NCBI GenBank assembly: GCA_031425655.1 | Contig: JANPJS010000260.1 | Span: 1 to 10,315 of the forward strand | DNA: 10,315 nt | From: Abditibacteriaceae bacterium | Lineage (GTDB): Bacteria > Armatimonadota > Abditibacteriia > Abditibacteriales > Abditibacteriaceae | Reading direction: 5' to 3' | In this document: positions 1 through 6,109 of the stretch, piece by piece | Layout: every line of letters starts with the position of its first letter | Numbering within the stretch: position 1 is the stretch's first letter | Position numbers and translations under genes: made by a program | Notes under the pieces: generated by a model | Told to the model about the DNA's origin: nothing | The model's input: the letters and a program-made list of their open reading frames with translations, nothing else | Databases searched by the model: none

Positions 1-2
1 AG

Positions 3-53
3 TTTCCTTCGCGCTTCGAGATTGACTACGTTCGCGTTTACCAAAAGCCGTAA
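3..53 (+). CDS. 3' end of a probable glycoside hydrolase family 16 protein (partial, starts before the window)
   Basis: Frame from 3 reads FPSRFEIDYVRVYQKP* (TAA 51-53). DYVRVYQ is the characteristic final beta-strand of GH16 laminarinase-like domains. Only 16 aa are visible. Confidence 0.75.
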   Translation, partial: FPSRFEIDYVRVYQKP

Positions 54-58
54 CGTGG

Positions 59-200
59 CGCGTTCTACTAAACGGGAAGTCGGGAATGGCGGTAAGACGG
101 GAAGAAAACGTTCTTGAGATTTCGATAAAAACAGGCCGCGATAACCATCAAAATCTTTCCGTCTTACCGCCCTTCCCGACTTCCCGTTGAATAAAACGCG
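59..200. repeat. Long inverted-repeat element, gene-less copy of the repeats that flank the GxxExxY gene
   Basis: Arm 71-105 AACGGGAAGTCGGGAATGGCGGTAAGACGGGAAGA matches the reverse complement of 154-188 at 33/35. The pairing extends outward (59-70 vs 189-200, 9/12). The spacer is 48 nt. Confidence 0.93.
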
Positions 201-235
201 AAGTTGCGCTACATTGCCATAGAAGGAATTTCCTC

Positions 236-1480
236 ATGGCAACTATCAACGACAATTATCTCAAGCTCAAAGCGGGCTACCTTTTTCCCGAAATCGCGCG
301 GCGCGTGCGCGAATTCAGCGCGGCCAACCCGGACGCGGCCTCCAACGTGATTCGCTGCGGCATCGGCGACGTGACCGAACCGCTGCCGCAAGCCGCGATT
401 GACGCGCTCAAAGCCGCAACGGACGAACTTGGCGACCGTGCCACGTTTCGTGGCTACGGCCCCGAACAAGGCTACGATTTCCTGCGCGCCGCCATTGCCG
501 AAAACGAATATCGCTCGCGCGGAATTGACATTTCCGACGACGAAGTTTTCATCTCCGACGGCTCGAAATGCGATACCGCGAATATTTTAGATATTTTCGG
601 CGACGACAACCGCATCGCCATTACTGACCCGGTTTATCCGGTTTATGTGGATACCAATGTCATGGCCGGCCATACGGGAAATGCCGACGAAAGCGGCGCT
701 TACGAAGGCTTGGTTTATCTGCCTTGCACGGCGGAAAACGGCTTCGTCGCCGCGCCGCCCGCTGAGCGCGTGGACATCGTTTATCTGTGCTTTCCCAACA
801 ACCCGACCGGCGCCGTCGCCACGCGCGAACAACTGCAAGCGTGGGTGGATTACGCGCGAAAGCACGACACGATTATCTTCTTCGACGCGGCTTACGGCGA
901 TTATATTTCTGATGCCAATCTGCCGCGCTCGATTTACGAAATCGAAGGCGCCCGCAACTGTGCCATCGAATTTCGCAGCTTCTCGAAAAGCGGCGGCTTT
1001 ACCGGCGTGCGCTGCGCGCTGACGGTTGTGCCACAATCGCTGCAAGGCACCACCAAAAGCGGACAGCGCGTGCCGATTCATCCGCTGTGGCTGCGCCGCT
1101 CAACGACCAAGTTCAACGGCGTGTCGTATCCGATTCAGCGCGCTGCCGAAGCGCTTTATTCGCCCGCAGGCAAAACGCAAGTCGCGGCTTTAATCGAGCA
1201 TTACATGGGCAACGCCAAAATTCTGCGCGAAGCTGCGACGCAAGCCGGTTTAACGGTTTTCGGCGGCGTTCATGCGCCGTATATCTGGATTCAGGCGCCG
1301 GGCGGAATGAGCAGTTGGGACGTGTTCGACAAGATTCTCAACGAAGCCAACGTGGTTGTCACGCCGGGCAGCGGCTTCGGGCGTCAGGGCGAAGGCTATT
1401 TCCGCGTCTCGGCCTTCAATTCCCGCGAAAATGCCGTCGAAGCCGCACGGCGACTGCGCGAACTTGTTTGGTCGCGTTGA
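236..1480 (+). CDS. dapL: LL-diaminopimelate aminotransferase
   Basis: 414 aa. N-terminal [49 protein letters not shown] and the PLP-lysine motif [14 protein letters not shown]-like AGAAGGA at 221-227. Confidence 0.96.
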   Translation: MATINDNYLKLKAGYLFPEIARRVREFSAANPDAASNVIRCGIGDVTEPLPQAAIDALKAATDELGDRATFRGYGPEQGYDFLRAAIAENEYRSRGIDISDDEVFISDGSKCDTANILDIFGDDNRIAITDPVYPVYVDTNVMAGHTGNADESGAYEGLVYLPCTAENGFVAAPPAERVDIVYLCFPNNPTGAVATREQLQAWVDYARKHDTIIFFDAAYGDYISDANLPRSIYEIEGARNCAIEFRSFSKSGGFTGVRCALTVVPQSLQGTTKSGQRVPIHPLWLRRSTTKFNGVSYPIQRAAEALYSPAGKTQVAALIEHYMGNAKILREAATQAGLTVFGGVHAPYIWIQAPGGMSSWDVFDKILNEANVVVTPGSGFGRQGEGYFRVSAFNSRENAVEAARRLRELVWSR

Positions 1481-1519
1481 ATTTTGACGGGACGGCGGGA
1501 AGGGCGGAAAGACGGGAAG
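1468..1519 (+). repeat. Left inverted-repeat arm of the GxxExxY element
   Basis: 1482-1519 TTTTGACGGGACGGCGGGAAGGGCGGAAAGACGGGAAG matches the reverse complement of 1951-1988 at 37/38. 1468-1479 TTGGTCGCGTTG matches the reverse complement of 1990-2001 at 12/12. Confidence 0.95.
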
Positions 1520-1526
1520 AAAAGCG

Positions 1527-1931
1527 ATGGATGAGAAATCGCGCTATCAGTTGACGACACACGAAAGCGAAGTGGCGCGTGAAATTGTGAACTGCGCTTA
1601 TCTGGTTCACCGTGAGTTAGGGGCGGGGTTGCTCGAACACGTTTATGAGGTTTGCTTTTGCCACGAACTCACGAAGCGTGGCATTGAATGGCAACGCCAA
1701 GTGCCTTATCCATTGACTTACGATGGCATTGTTTTCGACGAAGCGTTCCGATTGGATGTGCTGGTGGATGATCTGATCGTGTGTGAAGTAAAGGCTGCAA
1801 AAGACATTAACGCGGCACATCAGGCGCAGTTGTTAACCTACCTGCGTTTCACCGGCAAACACGTTGGTTTTATCCTGAATTTTCACGCGCCTTTAATGAA
1901 AAACGGCCTGCGCCGCCTCGTTTTGCCCTGA
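1527..1931 (+). CDS. GxxExxY protein (PD-(D/E)XK nuclease superfamily, PDDEXK_3-like)
   Basis: 134 aa. VHRELGAGLLEHVY contains the GxxExxY signature. RLDVLVDDLIVCEVK supplies the D...ExK motif. QAQLLTYL and GFILNF are typical C-terminal motifs of the family. Confidence 0.95.
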   Translation: MDEKSRYQLTTHESEVAREIVNCAYLVHRELGAGLLEHVYEVCFCHELTKRGIEWQRQVPYPLTYDGIVFDEAFRLDVLVDDLIVCEVKAAKDINAAHQAQLLTYLRFTGKHVGFILNFHAPLMKNGLRRLVLP

Positions 1932-1950
1932 TAACTCAGCCTCGAAATCC

Positions 1951-2001
1951 CTTCCCGTCTTACCGCCCTTCCCGCCGTCCCGTCAAAAACAACGCGACCA
2001 A
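1951..2001 (-). repeat. Right inverted-repeat arm of the GxxExxY element
   Basis: CTTCCCGTCTTACCGCCCTTCCCGCCGTCCCGTCAAAAACAACGCGACCAA is the reverse complement of 1468-1519 apart from one internal mismatch and a short mismatch/indel at 1480-1481. Confidence 0.95.
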
Positions 2002-2003
2002 TT

Positions 2004-2963
2004 ATGCCAATGAAAATCACAGTTCTTGATGCGAAACCGCTGGACGATGGCGACATGAATTGGACGCCGTTGCGCGAGTTGGGCGAAGTCACGCTGCACG
2101 ATAACACGGCGCCGGAGCAAGTATTCGAGCGCGTGCGTGGTGCCGAGGCGATTTTTACCAACAAAGTGAAAATCGGCGCCGAAGCAATGGAAGCCGCGCC
2201 GCAACTGAAGTTCATCGGAGTTTTAGCGACGGGTTTCGATAACGTGGACGCGAACGCAGCGCGCGAACGCGGCATTACTGTGTGCAATGTGCCGGGTTAC
2301 GGCACCAATTTCGTGGCGCAGACGACAATCGCGCTGCTTTTGGAGCTTTGTCACCGTGTCGGCGCGCACGACGCGGCGATTCGCGCCGGGCAGTGGCAGC
2401 GCGCCGGTGCGTTTTCGTTTTGGAACGGGCCGTTAATAGATTTGGATGGCAAAACGCTGGTGATTATCGGGTTGGGCGCGATTGGCTGGCGTGTGGCGCG
2501 CATCGCGGCTACGCTGGGCATGAACGTCATCGCGGCGCAGTTGCCGGGGCGCGAAAGTAACGATGAAGAATTCCCGCGCTTGCCGCTGAATGACGCGCTG
2601 TCGCAGGCCGACGTCGTGAGTTTGCATTGCCCTTTCTCTGCTCAAACGCGCGACCTCATCAACGCCGAGCGGCTGCACTTAATGAAACCGACCGCGTTTT
2701 TGGTGAACACAGCGCGCGGGCTTTTAATAAACGACGAAGATTTGGCGGCGGCACTGCGCGACGGCATTATCGCGGGCTACGCCGCCGACGTTTTGAGCCA
2801 AGAGCCGCCGTCCGAAGATCATCCTCTGCTCAGCGCGCCGAACTGCATTCTCACGCCGCATTTCAGTTGGGCCTCGCCACAATCGCGCCAGAAGTTGCTG
2901 AATATCAGCGTAGAGAATTTGCGAAGATTTTTGGACGGCACGCCGCAAAACGTGGTGGCTTGA
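2004..2963 (+). CDS. D-isomer-specific 2-hydroxyacid dehydrogenase (glycerate dehydrogenase / hydroxypyruvate reductase-like)
   Basis: 319 aa (the true start may be ATG 2010, MKITVLD). ATGFDNVD, NVPGY, Rossmann GLGAIG, SLHCP, VNTARG, DVLSQEP, TPH; the catalytic Arg/Glu/His set is present. Confidence 0.93.
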   Translation: MPMKITVLDAKPLDDGDMNWTPLRELGEVTLHDNTAPEQVFERVRGAEAIFTNKVKIGAEAMEAAPQLKFIGVLATGFDNVDANAARERGITVCNVPGYGTNFVAQTTIALLLELCHRVGAHDAAIRAGQWQRAGAFSFWNGPLIDLDGKTLVIIGLGAIGWRVARIAATLGMNVIAAQLPGRESNDEEFPRLPLNDALSQADVVSLHCPFSAQTRDLINAERLHLMKPTAFLVNTARGLLINDEDLAAALRDGIIAGYAADVLSQEPPSEDHPLLSAPNCILTPHFSWASPQSRQKLLNISVENLRRFLDGTPQNVVA

Positions 2964-2964
2964 G

Positions 2965-3077
2965 CAATTAAACACAAAGACGCAAAGGCACAAAGAAAAA
3001 GCTGAGGAAATTCAAAAGCATTTCACTTTTGAACTCCCTTAAAAATCTTTGTGCCTTTGTGCCTTTGTGTTTAATTG
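2965..3077. repeat. Long inverted repeat built from CACAAAGG octamers, between convergent genes
   Basis: 2965-2996 CAATTAAACACAAAGACGCAAAGGCACAAAGA matches the reverse complement of 3046-3077 at 30/32. The 49-nt spacer contains an inner 8-bp hairpin (3011-3018/3026-3033). Confidence 0.92.
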
Positions 3078-3082
3078 GCTTT

Positions 3083-4537
3083 TTATTTCGTGCTGGCTTG
3101 GCGCGCAGCTTTCGAGGCTTGATACAGGCCGCCGTCGGCTAAGCCGGTGTAAGTGCCGGCGGGGGAAAGGCCCAGCCACGGATCGCTTTGCGGCGTGAGA
3201 AACAACTTGTCGTAAATCATGCGGTTCAATGCGTCGAAGTCGTTGACCTCGTGTGTGATGAACCATTGATGCAGCGGCGCGTGAAGGTTCCATTCGTTGC
3301 GCTGCGTGTCTACAGCGACGCTGCGCTCGAATTTATCTACCAAACGCGCGAACGGGTCGGCGGGTGGTGCCGATGCTATGCTCTGCATCCTCAATAATGG
3401 CGATTGGCTGCGCAGCAGAAGAGAAATCGGGCTTTGGGATGTTTGTTCCTCAAGGTAGTAAGGAGTTGGCGTGATGTCCAGCACCGGGCGCTGTGAACGC
3501 AGCAGCATTTGGCTATTATCATCCAAGCGGGATTTCGCCAGATACGGGTTTATTCCGTCCCAATAAGCGACTTGTTCGCGCGTAAATGCCGTGCTCATGG
3601 TGTAAAGCGCCGTGGCATTGAGAACTGGCGCTTCGCCGACCGATTTCGACATCGCCAGTCTGCCTGCCGTGCTTGCAGGCACCGTTGGCGCGGCCTTCGC
3701 TTCTAACAAAGCTGTGTTCCGCAAGCCTTTTACAATGCTTTCGTGGTAATTAGGTTGTTCTCTCCATTTCGCATTTCCCGCTTTCAAATCTGCAATATAA
3801 GCATCGGCCAGAGCGCCGAGTTCGGCCTCGTGCCACGCCTGCAACTTTTCGCTGCGTGCGTTGCCATTTAATCCTTCGCACGTTTTGAAGAGCGATTCGC
3901 CGCGTTCGAGCCACGATTGAAACGCGCCGGGGCCATAAAGTCCGGGCAAAACATCCAAAGGACGGCCCTCGGCGTCCAGCATATAATGTGCGCTGTTGCC
4001 GGTCAGAGTGCGCTTGAGAATGCGGCCATCGCCCATGTCAATCGTGACGACCGGGACGGGGCGCTCGGAACTCCAGAATAAGATGAATTTGTCGCGCAGC
4101 GTTTGCGAAATCTGCGTGTTGGCGTAAAGCGCGGTGCGGAAAAAGCGGCTGTTGGCGCACGAGTATTCGTCGGTGAGTTTGCCCAGCATTCGCAGCGAAA
4201 GAATCGGCTTATGCTCGGCTTTGGCAGCGGTTTTCGCGGCTTCCAAGTCGGTGAACCAATAAAGGCGCGACGACCACGCATCGTGCTGTCCGGCGACGGC
4301 ATCAAGCTGTTCGCTGAGCAAATGCCAGCGCGCGTCGTTGGAAAAATTCGCGGCGCGCAGCTTGGTGCCGTGCGCCTCGATTTCATTGCGGTGCGTGTTC
4401 CAGAACTTTTCCAGTCCCGCCGGCCCCGATGCGCGCAGCAGCGCCGGATCGTCGTTGCCGGCGCGCAAAACGCGGCCTCCGGCCAGGAATACGCCGCCGG
4501 CTAAAACGCTGGCTACTATCAAAGTCTGCTTTTTCAT
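3083..4537 (-). CDS. Secreted hypothetical protein with a thioredoxin-like domain
   Basis: 484 aa. Signal-peptide-like N-terminus MKKQTLIVASVLAGGVFLAGG..LRA. WFTDLEAAKTAAKAEHKPILSL..SC..LRDKFILFW..HYMLDAEGRPLDVLPGLY fits a thioredoxin-like fold. SD GGGAG at 4546-4550 on the - strand. Confidence 0.8.
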   Translation of the reverse strand: MKKQTLIVASVLAGGVFLAGGRVLRAGNDDPALLRASGPAGLEKFWNTHRNEIEAHGTKLRAANFSNDARWHLLSEQLDAVAGQHDAWSSRLYWFTDLEAAKTAAKAEHKPILSLRMLGKLTDEYSCANSRFFRTALYANTQISQTLRDKFILFWSSERPVPVVTIDMGDGRILKRTLTGNSAHYMLDAEGRPLDVLPGLYGPGAFQSWLERGESLFKTCEGLNGNARSEKLQAWHEAELGALADAYIADLKAGNAKWREQPNYHESIVKGLRNTALLEAKAAPTVPASTAGRLAMSKSVGEAPVLNATALYTMSTAFTREQVAYWDGINPYLAKSRLDDNSQMLLRSQRPVLDITPTPYYLEEQTSQSPISLLLRSQSPLLRMQSIASAPPADPFARLVDKFERSVAVDTQRNEWNLHAPLHQWFITHEVNDFDALNRMIYDKLFLTPQSDPWLGLSPAGTYTGLADGGLYQASKAARQASTK

Positions 4538-4603
4538 GGTTCCGTCTCCCTGTTGCCAAAATCGTTAGAGACGTAATCGCGCGCCGCGTAGCAAAGGCAA
4601 AAC

Positions 4604-4638
4604 AAAAGCCCGCAAGTTTAAGAAACTTGCGGGCTTTT
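4604..4638 (-). terminator. Intrinsic terminator downstream of tRNA-Leu
   Basis: Perfect 16-bp inverted repeat AAAAGCCCGCAAGTTT (4604-4619) / AAACTTGCGGGCTTTT (4623-4638). On the - strand the stem is followed by TTTTGTTTTG. Confidence 0.88.
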
Positions 4639-4644
4639 CGTTAA

Positions 4645-4727
4645 TGCGCGAGAGAGGATTTGAACCTCCACTCCCTTGCGGGAACTAGCTCCTGAGGCTA
4701 GCGCGTCTGCCGTTTCGCCACTCGCGC
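4645..4727 (-). tRNA. tRNA-Leu (anticodon CAG), CCA not encoded
   Basis: The - strand reads GCGCGAG TG GCGAAACGGCAGACGC G CTAGC CTCAGGA GCTAG TTCCCGCAAGGGAGT GGAGG TTCAAAT CCTCT CTCGCGC A. This gives a 7-bp acceptor stem, CAG anticodon, long variable arm, T-loop and discriminator A. Confidence 0.97.
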
Positions 4728-4759
4728 GAATGGCCTCCTGCATCAGGCGGCAAGGAAAA

Positions 4760-4788
4760 ATTATAGCTGTCAGACCACGCTACGTCAA
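4760..4788 (-). promoter_or_regulatory. Sigma70-type promoter of tRNA-Leu
   Basis: The - strand reads TTGACG (4788-4783), 17 nt, TATAAT (4765-4760), ending 32 nt upstream of the tRNA 5' end. Confidence 0.88.
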
Positions 4789-4805
4789 CCGATATTAAAC
4801 GCGCC

Positions 4806-5008
4806 GGGTTCATTCAGTTCTATCTTGGCGAGGCTTGCCCCCCGATTAAAATCGGGGTCTAACGCTACAAAGCCGACCTTCGTCGGCTGAACGAAGTAAG
4901 CAAGGAGAGTCCGCGCCGGGCGCCCTCTGGGCAGGTGACTTCGTAACTACAGGCCCCGATTTTAATCGGGGCCGTATCGCACCGCACCGCACAAGAACTG
5001 AATGACCC
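4806..5008. repeat. REP/REPIN-like nested palindromic element
   Basis: Two 18-nt imperfect palindromes in exact inverted orientation: CCCCGATTAAAATCGGGG (4840-4857) and CCCCGATTTTAATCGGGG (4954-4971). Inner hairpin AGCCGAC-CTTC-GTCGGCT (4871-4888). Outer 12-bp inverted repeat TCATTCAGTTCT (4810-4821) / AGAACTGAATGA (4994-5005). Confidence 0.8.
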
Positions 5009-5027
5009 TGCCGTTGCCTTTTGCGTG

Positions 5028-5056
5028 TTGGGCCGGAGTGAAGGCGGGGCTATACT
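5028..5056 (+). promoter_or_regulatory. Possible sigma70 promoter for ROK-pgi-cupin genes
   Basis: TTGGGC (5028-5033), 17 nt, TATACT (5051-5056). It lies inside the computed ORF extension, which argues for a later start (ATG 5067 or 5079). Confidence 0.45.
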
Positions 5057-5066
5057 CTTGCCGCTT

Positions 5067-6014
5067 ATGCGGGCACCTATGCTTTTGGGAATTGACATCG
5101 CGCGCCGCGACGTATCGGTGATTTTGGCCAACGCGCAAGGCGGGGCCGAACTGGCGCTGCGCACCGATTTGCCCAAAGAAGGCGGCGCCCCGATCACTTG
5201 GTTAGCCGCGATGAGCGCCGCCCGCGAAGCGATGCACCGCCAGCAAGTCATTCCCGATCAAGTTGGGTGTGTGGCCGTGGCTTTAGATGCGCCGATTGAC
5301 GAAAGCGGGCTGGTCGGCAAGCATTCGCGCGCCGTCGGCTGGGAAGGTTTTGATTTGCCCGACGCGCTGCGCCAACATCTTCATGTTTCACGCGGCGCGG
5401 CGCATAGTCGTTTGCAAAGCGAAGCTTTAGGCGAATGGCATTTTGGCGCGTTGCGCGCTGCGGAGAATAATGGGGGCGATTGGCTGTATTTGCATCTCGG
5501 CTCGTCGGTCGGCGCCGTTGCGTGCGTTAATGGACGGATTTTGCGCGGCGCGAACGGCGCGGCGGGCGAACTCGGCGCGCTGTGCGTTGAGCGCGAAGGC
5601 GCTCTGACTTCCAACGGGCGGCGCGGCGGACTGGAAGCTTATTGCACACACGAGAGCTTTATTTCGCGCGCCGCCGCTTACGGTCTTACCAACTTGACCC
5701 CGGCGCAAATTTGGGATTCTTACGGCAGCAACTTTGCCGCGCGCTCGCTGTGCGACGATTTTACGGCGCGTTTGGCGCAAGGCACCGGCGCGGCTTTAAC
5801 AATTCTCAATCCGGCGCAGCTGGTTTTGGGCGGCAGTTTGGTCACGGCGTTGGGCGAAAAATTGCTGGCACCGCTGCGCGCTCGTCTCAAGGAATTTTGT
5901 CTGCCGTCGCACTGCGCGCACCTGCCGATTGTCGCCGGCAAATTGGGCGATGATGCCGCAGCATTGGGCGCCGTGGCGCTGGCGATGCAGAACGTTCAAA
6001 CGAACACGGATTGA
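5067..6014 (+). CDS. ROK family protein (degenerate sugar-kinase motifs, no HTH)
   Basis: LLGIDI N-terminal strand, GWEGFDLPDAL, ALGEWHFGA, YLHLGSSVGA, GRILRGANGAAGELG, GGLEAYC, LNPAQLVLGG, LGDDAAALGA. The start is ATG 5067 or 5079 rather than GTG 5025. Confidence 0.88.
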   Translation: MRAPMLLGIDIARRDVSVILANAQGGAELALRTDLPKEGGAPITWLAAMSAAREAMHRQQVIPDQVGCVAVALDAPIDESGLVGKHSRAVGWEGFDLPDALRQHLHVSRGAAHSRLQSEALGEWHFGALRAAENNGGDWLYLHLGSSVGAVACVNGRILRGANGAAGELGALCVEREGALTSNGRRGGLEAYCTHESFISRAAAYGLTNLTPAQIWDSYGSNFAARSLCDDFTARLAQGTGAALTILNPAQLVLGGSLVTALGEKLLAPLRARLKEFCLPSHCAHLPIVAGKLGDDAAALGAVALAMQNVQTNTD

Positions 6015-6091
6015 CACGGAAACAGCGTGGATTTTCACAGAAAATCCGTGAAAATCCACGCTGTTTCCGTGTAGCCGAAGGCTCCGTGTTC
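6002..6091. repeat. Long hairpin built from CACGGA units, overlapping the ROK stop codon
   Basis: Perfect 25-bp inverted repeat 6014-6038 / 6048-6072 with a 9-nt loop AGAAAATCC. An outer pair GAACACGGA (6002-6010) / TCCGTGTTC (6083-6091) extends it. Confidence 0.92.
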
Positions 6092-6109
6092 TAATTTCAA
6101 GGAATGTAA

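Noticed and set aside
106..153. Spacer of the empty element as a deletion remnant of the GxxExxY gene
   Set aside because: Only 5-8 nt matches (GATAAC, AAATC) to the 1930-1950 region; too short to show homology.
154..1519. dapL as cargo of a composite transposon between repeat arms
   Set aside because: Each arm matches its own partner better than the arm on the other side of dapL, and dapL looks like an ordinary housekeeping gene.
59..2001. CRISPR array or classical IS interpretation of the 35-38 bp repeats
   Set aside because: The copies alternate in orientation with no regular spacers or cas genes. There is no DDE/HUH transposase motif and no direct target-site duplication.
3380..3510. 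Short repeated peptide (LLRSQ/SQSP) in the hypothetical protein
   Set aside because: Low-complexity linker with no clear nucleotide-level repeat.
4565..4596. ECF-sigma-like promoter (TGCTAC-N14-CGTCTC, - strand) upstream of the secreted protein
   Set aside because: Plausible, but too short and degenerate to support without a known regulon motif.
4560..4727. tRNA-Leu as the attachment site of an integrated island
   Set aside because: No integrase and no duplicate of the tRNA 3' end in the window; the tRNA is followed directly by its terminator.
5025..5066. N-terminal extension of the ROK ORF from GTG 5025
   Set aside because: ROK homology begins at MLLGIDI and the extension overlaps a likely -10 box.
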